Shown here in pieces: positions 22,836-29,820 of a stretch of 29,820 bases of DNA. The first letter of the stretch is position 1. Every line of letters starts with the position of its first letter. A program made the position numbers and the translations under genes. The stretch is from Candidatus Binatia bacterium (lineage in GTDB: Bacteria; Desulfobacterota; Binatia; UBA9968), in assembly GCA_036398075.1 (NCBI GenBank), contig DASWHT010000265.1:1-29820 (forward strand). Reading direction: 5' to 3'. Under the pieces are notes generated by a model, which worked only from the letters and a program-made list of their open reading frames with translations, was not told the origin of the DNA and ran no database searches.

Positions 22836-24902
22836 ATGGCGCAGCACATGGAAACATCTAAAAGATTGCGCTGGACCGAACTCATGCCGGCCTTGGGCCT
22901 AACCGGCGTCATCGTCATGATGGTATTGCCGGTGCCGCCGTTTTTGCTCGATCTCACGCTAGTGATGAGCATCGCCTTGTCGCTGACGATTCTGATCGTT
23001 TCCCTCTATGTCAAAGAGCCGCTGGACTTTTCCGTGTTTCCCTCAGTGCTGTTGTTCGCCACGTTGTTTCGCCTGGCGCTCAACGTTGCCTCGTCTCGTT
23101 TGATTCTGCTGCGCGGCGAAGAAGGCGTGTCGGCGGCGGGCCATGTGATTGCGGCCTTCGGCCAGTTCGTCGTCGCGGGCAATTACGCCGTCGGTTTCAT
23201 CGTCTTTATCATTCTCGTGATTATCAACTTCATCGTCATTACCAAGGGCGCCACCCGCATCGCGGAAGTGGCGGCGCGTTTCACCCTCGATGCCATGCCG
23301 GGCAAACAGATGGCCATCGACGCCGATTTGAACGCCGGCAGCATCAACGAGGCGGAGGCGCGCCAGCGCCGCCATCGCATCCAGAAAGAAGGCGACTTTT
23401 ACGGCGCCATGGACGGTGCTTCCAAGTTCGTGCGTGGCGACGCCGTGGCGGGCTTGATTATTTTAGCGGTCAATCTGCTCGGTGGATTTTTCGTCGGCGT
23501 GATGCAGAAAGGAATGGAGCTCGGCGACGCGGCCCAGCTTTACAGCCTGCTCAGTATCGGCGACGGCCTGGTAAGCCAGATCCCCGCGCTTATCGTTTCC
23601 ACCGCCGCCGCCATGGTGGTAACGCGCACGGCGTCGGGCGGCGAGCTTGGTGTGGAGATCACCAAGCAGCTGTTCTGGAATCCTATGGCCCTCGGCGTGG
23701 TGGCCGGCATCCTCGCCATGTTCGTGTTCGTGCCGGGATTTCCGGCCATCCCGTTTATCCTCGCGGCCGGAACTTTCGGAGGCCTCGCTTATACCTTGGC
23801 GAACGATAAGAGCATGGAAAAGGAAGAATTTGCCGCCGAAACCACCCGACCGGAAACCATCGAAGAGCCCACGCGCCCGCAGCCGGTGGATCTGCTCGAA
23901 CTTGAAGTTGGCTATGAACTGATCCCTCTCGTAGACGGTGAAAAAGGCGCCGTCGTGGAAAGAATAAGGGCGCTCAGGCGGCAGTTTCTCACGGACAAAG
24001 GATTCTTGGTGCCACAGATTCACATTCGCGACAACCTGCGTCTAGGCAGCAAGGAATACGTCATTCTCGTCAAAGGTGTCGAAGCCGGCAGGGGGGAACT
24101 CAAACCCGGACGTTTTATGGCAATGAACGCTACGGGCGGGGCACAAAGCGAAGGCGGCGTGAATGGTGAGCCCACCACGGAGCCGGCATTTGGACTGCCG
24201 GCACTGTGGATTTCAGCCTCCGATAAAGAGCGCGCCGAGATCATGGGATACACCGTGGTCGATCCCGAAACGGTGCTCATCACCCATGTCTCCGAACTGG
24301 TTAAGCGCCATGGTCCGGAGCTCCTCACCCGCCAGGACGTTCAACGGCTGCTCGACGGCCTCGCCAAGGAGCACCCAAAAGTCATCGAAGAACTGATCCC
24401 GCACCACATGACGTTGGGCGGCATACAGAAAGTCTTGCAAAACCTTCTGCGTGAGGAAGTGCCGATCCGAGATCTTTTAACTATTATCGAAAGCCTGGCG
24501 GACCACGCGCCGCACAGCAAGGACACTGACGAACTGACCGAATCTGTGCGCCAGTCTCTGGCCCGCACCATCACCTCGTCTTTCCGAGGTCCGGAAGGGT
24601 TGATCCCGGTGATGACCATCGATCCCCAGATCGAACGGGTGATCCGCGAGCGCGCCCAGGAAGGCATAACCCTGGAGCCGCAAGTAGCGCAGCGCATTAT
24701 GACCGCGGTACAGCAGGCAGTGGAGACCTTCGGCAGGCGCGGGTTGTTGCCCGTGTTTCTTACCGCCACCGGCGTCAGGCGCCATCTGCGCCAACTGATC
24801 AGCCATTATCTGCCGCAAATCGCCGTACTGTCGCACAACGAAATCGCCGGCGGCGTGAAGATCCAATCCCTCGGCGTGCTCAGGTGGAAAGATGAATCCT
24901 AG
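22836..24902 (+). CDS. flhA: Flagellar export protein FlhA
   Basis: FSVFPSVLLFATLFRLALN, RIAEVAARFTLDAMPGKQMAIDADLNAG, FYGAMDGASKFVRGDA, LSIGDGLVSQIP. Confidence 0.98.
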   Translation: MAQHMETSKRLRWTELMPALGLTGVIVMMVLPVPPFLLDLTLVMSIALSLTILIVSLYVKEPLDFSVFPSVLLFATLFRLALNVASSRLILLRGEEGVSAAGHVIAAFGQFVVAGNYAVGFIVFIILVIINFIVITKGATRIAEVAARFTLDAMPGKQMAIDADLNAGSINEAEARQRRHRIQKEGDFYGAMDGASKFVRGDAVAGLIILAVNLLGGFFVGVMQKGMELGDAAQLYSLLSIGDGLVSQIPALIVSTAAAMVVTRTASGGELGVEITKQLFWNPMALGVVAGILAMFVFVPGFPAIPFILAAGTFGGLAYTLANDKSMEKEEFAAETTRPETIEEPTRPQPVDLLELEVGYELIPLVDGEKGAVVERIRALRRQFLTDKGFLVPQIHIRDNLRLGSKEYVILVKGVEAGRGELKPGRFMAMNATGGAQSEGGVNGEPTTEPAFGLPALWISASDKERAEIMGYTVVDPETVLITHVSELVKRHGPELLTRQDVQRLLDGLAKEHPKVIEELIPHHMTLGGIQKVLQNLLREEVPIRDLLTIIESLADHAPHSKDTDELTESVRQSLARTITSSFRGPEGLIPVMTIDPQIERVIRERAQEGITLEPQVAQRIMTAVQQAVETFGRRGLLPVFLTATGVRRHLRQLISHYLPQIAVLSHNEIAGGVKIQSLGVLRWKDES

Positions 24903-25986
24903 CCGCTTCTGGGGAAAAGACCTGGCGTCGGCGCTACGCGCCGTGCGCGGCTCGTTAGGGCCCGATGCGCTAATTCTGGAGACGCGCTCAGGTTCAGACA
25001 AAAACGGCGGCGGCATCGAGATAGTCGCTTTGTCAGAAACGCCAGAAAAACAAAACCTCAATCCGCCGGCGCTGCGGCCTCTCATGCGGCCGGAGGTATT
25101 GTCCGCGGACGAAAATGCGGGCACGCCCGTTGCGCCAGAAATGGCGCCCCCGCCGGGCGCCGAAATGCGCGAGGAATTGGCGGCGCTCCGATCGATGCTG
25201 TCGTGGCTGGCACCGGGCCTCAATCATAAGAACCGGATTCTCAAGTCGCTGATCGCGCAGGGCCTCAACCCGGAAATCATGGCGCGGCTCAGCGAAGCGA
25301 TTCATGAGGCCGAAGGCACCGACGAGCGAGAAAGAACCTATCATGCACTGACGCGCTTGGTGCCGACCGGAGGTCAGATCCCGGATGCGGTGGATAGACT
25401 GGCGCTAATCGGACCCACCGGAGTGGGCAAGTCCTCGAGCATAATCAAGCTGACAGTATTTGAAAGCCAGCGGCTCCAGCGTCGCGTCGGCTGGCTCAAC
25501 CTCGACCACCGGCGCATAGCCAGTGGCGACCCGCTCGCCCTGTACGCGACGATTCTCGGAGCGCGCTACGAAACCGCCGCCGACCCTAAGGAAGCGAAAC
25601 GAGCATGGGAGCGGCTGGCCGATTGCGATTTGATTCTCGTTGACACGCCCGGCCTTACGCCGCGGGATGAAAATGGGATCAAGGAACTAAACCGGTTGCT
25701 TCAGGCTATGCCTGGATTGCGCCGCGCCCTGCTCCTCGGCGCGTCCACCAACGGCGCGGATATGGCCATGTGGGTGAAGGGTTTTCAACGCTTGGGATTC
25801 GATTCGCTGTTCTTTACCAAGCTTGATGAGTGCCGTCACTTCGGGCCACTCATCAATACCGCTTTGGGATCGGGCTACCCGCTGTCCTACATCACGCTCG
25901 GACAAAACATGGCCGGCGATTTGGAAGCGGCCAAAGCCGAGGTGCTTACCAGTCTTTTACTATCAGGGAGCGGCAACGATGAATGA
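24892..25986 (+). CDS. flhF: SRP-family GTPase FlhF
   Basis: Follows flhA; N-terminal FWGKDLASALRAVRGSLGPDALIL, G1 GPTGVGKSS, G3 DTPG, G4 TKLDE, GQN. Confidence 0.93.
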   Translation: MNPSRFWGKDLASALRAVRGSLGPDALILETRSGSDKNGGGIEIVALSETPEKQNLNPPALRPLMRPEVLSADENAGTPVAPEMAPPPGAEMREELAALRSMLSWLAPGLNHKNRILKSLIAQGLNPEIMARLSEAIHEAEGTDERERTYHALTRLVPTGGQIPDAVDRLALIGPTGVGKSSSIIKLTVFESQRLQRRVGWLNLDHRRIASGDPLALYATILGARYETAADPKEAKRAWERLADCDLILVDTPGLTPRDENGIKELNRLLQAMPGLRRALLLGASTNGADMAMWVKGFQRLGFDSLFFTKLDECRHFGPLINTALGSGYPLSYITLGQNMAGDLEAAKAEVLTSLLLSGSGNDE

Positions 25987-26887
25987 TATCGAATCCATGA
26001 ATACGGTTCGATGGCGCCGTTCGACGTGGGCTTTTCCAACGCGCGCGCGCCGCCAACGGGGACCGTTGGGCATGGCGCGGGTGTTCGCGATTACCAGCGG
26101 CAAAGGCGGTGTCGGCAAGACCAATGTAACCGCCAATCTCGCGACGGCGCTGGCGCGCAAGCGGCAGCGGGTGTTAGCGATTGACGCAGACGTAGGGCTC
26201 GCCAATCTCGATCTTCTGTTCGGTGTCAAGCCGGCCTATACGATGGCGGATTTCTTTTCCGGCAAGGCGGCTATAGACGAGATCGTCACGACGACGCCGC
26301 AGGGTGTACTGTTCTTGCCCGGAGCGAGCGGCGTGCAGGAACTGACGGCGCTAAGTGGCGCGCAAAAACTGACGCTGGCCAGCGCTCTAGAAAGCCTCGC
26401 CCGGCAGGTAGACCTGGTTATCATCGATACGTGCAGCGGTATTTCCGACGCGGCGACCTTTTTCGCCGCTGCCGCGCAAGAAATCATTGTGGTGGTGACG
26501 CCGGAACCGGCGTCCCTGACCGACGCCTACGCGCTCATCAAAGTATTAGCTTCGACCTACGGCGAAAAGAGTTTCAAAATTCTCCCCAATAGCGTTGAAG
26601 ATGAAGATCAAGCGCGGCGGTTGTTCGACAGCCTGTCGCGGGCCGCGGTGCGCTTCCTCAACGTCTCGCTGGATTATCTCGGCTGGATTCCGCGTGACCC
26701 GCAACTTCTGGCCGCGGTGGCGCATTCCCGACTGGTGGTCGAAGAGGTAAAGGACGCGCCGTCGGCGCAGGCATTTGGCGCGATTGCCGGTCGGCTCATC
26801 GAGTCAGCCGAGGTGGGCGGACGAATGAAAGGCAATCTTCAATTTTTCTTCCGGCAGGCATTGGATGGTATACAAGGAGCGCGATGA
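25979..26887 (+). CDS. flhG: MinD-like ATPase FlhG/FleN
   Basis: Start revised to ATG 25979 (RBS GGGAG, overlaps the flhF stop); ITSGKGGVGKT, DADVGLANLD, TPEPASLTDAYALIK. Confidence 0.94.
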   Translation: MNDIESMNTVRWRRSTWAFPTRARRQRGPLGMARVFAITSGKGGVGKTNVTANLATALARKRQRVLAIDADVGLANLDLLFGVKPAYTMADFFSGKAAIDEIVTTTPQGVLFLPGASGVQELTALSGAQKLTLASALESLARQVDLVIIDTCSGISDAATFFAAAAQEIIVVVTPEPASLTDAYALIKVLASTYGEKSFKILPNSVEDEDQARRLFDSLSRAAVRFLNVSLDYLGWIPRDPQLLAAVAHSRLVVEEVKDAPSAQAFGAIAGRLIESAEVGGRMKGNLQFFFRQALDGIQGAR

Positions 26888-27714
26888 AAGCACAAAGCAA
26901 ACTACCCAGAAATTCGCGGCCGGCGCTACGCCAACGCGAAAAGGATGCGCCCAGTGAAGAGCTGGTCAACCGGTATCTGCCTTTGGTGCGCTACGTCGCA
27001 GAGAAGGTTCACCGCCGATTGCCGCCGGGGGTGGATCTGGAACCCCTAATTCAATCGGGGGTCTGCGGCTTGTTGGAGGCGCTCAAGCGCTACGATCCCA
27101 AGCGCGGTGTCGATTTCGAAGTCTTCGCCCGCTACCGCATCCAGGGCGAAGTTATGCAGTGTCTGCGCTCGCTGGATTGGGTGAGCCGCTCGGTACGCGC
27201 CTGGGGGCGCAAGATTGAAGCGGCAAAGGCCCGCCTGGCGGGCCAGTTAGTGCGCGAGCCCAGCGCTGAAGAGCTGGCACGGGAGCTGGAAATCCCACTG
27301 GATACCTATTACCGAGTGGACCAACAGCTGAACGACGCCACGCTCCTCAGTCTCGAAGACTTGTCCGTGTCTTCGGAATCGGAGTGGGAGCGTAGCCAGG
27401 AGAAGCAGTCGCAAAGCGCTTTTATCGATCCGCTTACGTTTGTTGAGAGTAAGGACATGGTCCAGAAGCTCGGCTTGGCAGTGGAAGGGCTGCCGGAGCG
27501 GGAACGCATGGTGGTGACGCTTTACTATCATGAAGAACTGACGCTACGGGAGATCGGCGAGATTCTGGAACTGAGCGAGGGGCGCATCTGCCAGATCTTC
27601 GGCCAGGCGGTGGCGCGGCTGCGTCTCGCTCTGGGCGTGAAGCCGCGGGAGACGGCGGTTAAGCGCGGCGAGAAACGGTTGCCGCAAAATTCCAAGAAGA
27701 CGGTGACGGTGTGA
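26884..27714 (+). CDS. fliA: Flagellar sigma factor sigma28 (FliA/WhiG family)
   Basis: YLPLVRYVA, DLEPLIQSGVCGLL, YARYRIQGE, RSLDWVSRSVR, LPERERMVVTLYYHEELTLREIG..LELSEGRICQI. Confidence 0.96.
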   Translation: MKAQSKLPRNSRPALRQREKDAPSEELVNRYLPLVRYVAEKVHRRLPPGVDLEPLIQSGVCGLLEALKRYDPKRGVDFEVFARYRIQGEVMQCLRSLDWVSRSVRAWGRKIEAAKARLAGQLVREPSAEELARELEIPLDTYYRVDQQLNDATLLSLEDLSVSSESEWERSQEKQSQSAFIDPLTFVESKDMVQKLGLAVEGLPERERMVVTLYYHEELTLREIGEILELSEGRICQIFGQAVARLRLALGVKPRETAVKRGEKRLPQNSKKTVTV

Positions 27715-27802
27715 GCAGGAAGAGACAGGGTAGGGCTTGGGCGCGCTACGGCGGAGGCGGCCGGGCACGTGAGTTGGCGTGAATTGGATCTGGAGTTGAC
27801 CT

Positions 27803-28018
27803 ATGGCGGATGCGGTAAATCGCATCGTCCCCTCCTCGGTGGCCCCGGATCGCGCCTCGTGGCAGGGAAGGGAACGACAAAAAAGGAAAGCAAAAGAGAC
27901 CCCCAACGGTACGCAACCGTTGGATGAATCGGCCCCGGTGGATGCAATGGATGGCGCTGAGCCAGCGCCGAAGGAAAGCCAGAAGGACAAGGGCAAACAT
28001 CTCGATATCAGTGTGTGA
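27803..28018 (+). CDS. Small hydrophilic protein with a C-terminal KGKHLDISV motif
   Basis: RBS GGAG, 71 aa, fills the fliA-downstream gap; C-terminal GxxLDIxV pattern recalled from small flagellar-cluster proteins. Confidence 0.65.
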   Translation: MADAVNRIVPSSVAPDRASWQGRERQKRKAKETPNGTQPLDESAPVDAMDGAEPAPKESQKDKGKHLDISV

Positions 28019-28056
28019 ATCAATCGTCAAAGGGAAAAGGAGAAAGGAAAAAATTT

Positions 28057-28638
28057 ATGGAAATTAATTGGCTGTGGATCTCGGCTGTGAACGGGGCCGT
28101 TTTGTTAGCCCTGCTCGGCATAGTGATCGGAATACGCCGCGGCGCGAATCGCAAATGGAAAGACCAGTTCGCCCAGTTCGACGACGCGGTGCGCAGCGCG
28201 GAGATGAGCAACGCGGCATACTTCCGTTCGCTGGAGCAAATGCTCAAGAATCTCGAGTTCGTCCGTGCCTTGACGGAGCAGACCGAACAACGGCTGTCGG
28301 GCATCGTCGCGCGTCCCGGCACGGAGCGTGACGGCCGTTTTGAAACCGCGGCGCTGTTGCTTTCGTCGGGGGAAAAGCCGGCCAAGGTGGCCTCGATGCT
28401 GAATCTGCCATTGAGCCATGTGAAGCGCGTGCGGGAACCGCAGAAAGCTTCGGCAAGGGGACGCAAGGCGGCGCAGAAAATGATCGCCGAGCAGGCCACG
28501 GCGGAGCGCGAAGGCCGCATGAGCCTCTGGTCCGCCCGGGTGAAGAAGCTGTTTCCGCAAACCGCGTCGAGCGAAATCGGCGGCAATGACCACGGGGCGA
28601 ACGGCCAGAGCGGTCCCAACGCTACCGCCGGCTCCTAA
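28057..28638 (+). CDS. Membrane-anchored coiled-coil protein with a C-terminal HTH-like segment (DUF2802/DUF6115/SwrB-like), paralog A
   Basis: Likely ATG 28057 (RBS AAAGGA); N-terminal TM, coiled coil, FETAALLLSSGEKPAKVASMLNLP. Confidence 0.75.
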   Translation: MEINWLWISAVNGAVLLALLGIVIGIRRGANRKWKDQFAQFDDAVRSAEMSNAAYFRSLEQMLKNLEFVRALTEQTEQRLSGIVARPGTERDGRFETAALLLSSGEKPAKVASMLNLPLSHVKRVREPQKASARGRKAAQKMIAEQATAEREGRMSLWSARVKKLFPQTASSEIGGNDHGANGQSGPNATAGS

Positions 28639-28683
28639 CGGCGCCCCGCCATAGTTAAAGTGACTCAGAGGAGCAGCACGAAC

Positions 28684-29274
28684 ATGAACCAAGGATTGAT
28701 TATATTGATCATCGCGCCGCTATTAATTGCCGCGTTGTGGATGGTGAGCCGGCGACGCAAACAGGACAGCTCGCAGCGCCCCGCCAGCGCGAGTCATCTC
28801 GCCGAGATGGTACGCAGCGCGGAAGTCGCCAATAACGGATTTTTCCGCTCGCTGGAGCTGGTGCAGAAAAACCTCGAGGGGTTGATCGCGCGGGCCGAAA
28901 ACGCCGAGCAACGGCTTCGAGGGTTGATGCTCCATCCGGGTATCGAGAAACGCGAGCAATATACCGCGGCGGCGTTGCTACTTGCCGAAGGCCATGACGT
29001 TGCACGGGTCTCATCGATGCTTGGGCTGCCGGAAGCGCAGGTGCAATTGATTCGCGAGCTGCAGCAGGTTACCGGCAAGGAAAAGCGTTCGGGCCGCGCC
29101 AAGAAGGCCGAGGAAAGCGCTGTGAAGGAGGCGGTACGGCAGTCAAAAATTGCCGCCCCACGGGATAAAACTGCAGCGCCGCCGATTCTCCTGGTGGATG
29201 TTCTAAAGAATGCCGGCGCCGGCGAATCCATAAATCCGGATACCGTGGCCCGTTTCAAGGGCGTAATGGTGTAG
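28684..29274 (+). CDS. Membrane-anchored coiled-coil protein with a C-terminal HTH-like segment (DUF2802/DUF6115/SwrB-like), paralog B
   Basis: Likely ATG 28684 (RBS GAGGAG); N-terminal TM; YTAAALLLAEGHDVARVSSMLGLPEAQVQLI; 41/83 ungapped identities to paralog A (hand count). Confidence 0.8.
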   Translation: MNQGLIILIIAPLLIAALWMVSRRRKQDSSQRPASASHLAEMVRSAEVANNGFFRSLELVQKNLEGLIARAENAEQRLRGLMLHPGIEKREQYTAAALLLAEGHDVARVSSMLGLPEAQVQLIRELQQVTGKEKRSGRAKKAEESAVKEAVRQSKIAAPRDKTAAPPILLVDVLKNAGAGESINPDTVARFKGVMV

Positions 29275-29344
29275 AACAGACTGCGATGGCTCCTTGCCGG
29301 TTGGCTGCTATGCAAGCCGCCGTTGCCAGCTATGGAAGTATCGC

Positions 29345-29360
29345 GGGTATGTTAATTGCT
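29345..29360 (+). promoter_or_regulatory. Candidate sigma54 promoter of flgF
   Basis: GGGTAT-GTTAA-TTGCT, GG-N10-GC spacing with a good -12 element and a variant -24 element. Confidence 0.5.
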
Positions 29361-29376
29361 TTGAGGTAACTGAATT

Positions 29377-29820
29377 ATGGATGCGGCAATGTACAAGGCG
29401 CTATCCGGCGCGATCGTGCAGATGCGCAAGCTGGAAGTTGCGTCCCAGGACCTGGCAAATGTCAACACCTCCGGCTACAAAGGCCAGCGGCTTGCCTTTA
29501 ACGAGGTGCTGGCCGCCCGGTTGCCGGCCGAGACGCGGTCGGGCGGATTCGTCGCCGTGGGCGACCAGCGCACCGATTTTTTGCAGGGTCATCTTCAGGG
29601 CACGGGCAACCCCTTTCATCTTGCCATCGACGGCGATGGCTATTTTGTTGTGGAGACCCCGCGCGGTGAGCGCTACACCCGTAGCGGCGGTTTTACCATG
29701 AGCGCCGACGGTACTGTCATCACGCCCCAGGGCGAGCCGCTGTTGGGCGAGGGTGGGCCAATCCAGGTGCCCGACGGTAAAATGATAGTCGGGCTGGACG
29801 GCACAGTGCGGTCGGAAAAC
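29377..29820 (+). CDS. flgF: Flagellar basal-body rod protein FlgF (FlgF/FlgG family), truncated by the window edge
   Basis: Manual translation from ATG 29377 (RBS GAGGT): MDAAMYKALSGAIVQMRKLEVASQDLANVNTSGYK...TGNPFHLAIDGDGYFVV...YTRSGGF; open to the window end. Confidence 0.92.
   Translation, partial: MDAAMYKALSGAIVQMRKLEVASQDLANVNTSGYKGQRLAFNEVLAARLPAETRSGGFVAVGDQRTDFLQGHLQGTGNPFHLAIDGDGYFVVETPRGERYTRSGGFTMSADGTVITPQGEPLLGEGGPIQVPDGKMIVGLDGTVRSEN

Noticed and set aside
27763-27778. sigma54 promoter before the 71-aa gene (GGGCAC-GTGAG-TTGGC)
   Set aside because: The -12 dinucleotide is GG, not GC, at the required spacing; near miss only.
27803-28018. Anti-sigma factor FlgM
   Set aside because: Lacks the C-terminal V..LK..I..G.Y.VD pattern of FlgM.
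1-29820. Mobile elements, prophage, tRNA or rRNA genes
   Set aside because: No transposase, integrase or phage genes, no structural RNA signatures, and no obvious compositional break.

Overview
GC-rich bacterial motility supercluster. Gene content is deltaproteobacteria-like; the exact taxon cannot be read from the sequence. Left to right: (-) a KaiC/RAD55-like single-domain ATPase (cut by the window edge) and a 968-aa repetitive coiled-coil protein; (+) a chemosensory operon (receiver, GAF-only protein, cheD, P2-less cheA, 34H MCP, cheW, cheR, cheB); (+) a second cheY coupled to a CheX-type phosphatase carrying four MshEN-like repeats; fliM-fliN; an inverted motA-motB; a receiver-only regulator facing a stand-alone HisKA-like protein whose phospho-His is replaced by Cys; then fliL-fliO-fliP-fliQ-fliR-flhB-flhA-flhF-flhG-fliA, a 71-aa protein, two tandem paralogous membrane-anchored proteins and the start of flgF. 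The intergenic DNA gives a readable promoter hierarchy: five good and one weaker sigma54 (-24/-12) motifs, three good and one weaker sigma28 motifs, and a recurring FleQ-box-like palindrome next to three sigma54 promoter regions. The best candidates for undescribed biology are the MshEN-repeat CheX, the pseudo-DHp/receiver pair, and the KaiC-like ATPase plus coiled-coil protein, which may belong to the flagellar regulon. All family calls are from motif recognition by eye; no database search was run.
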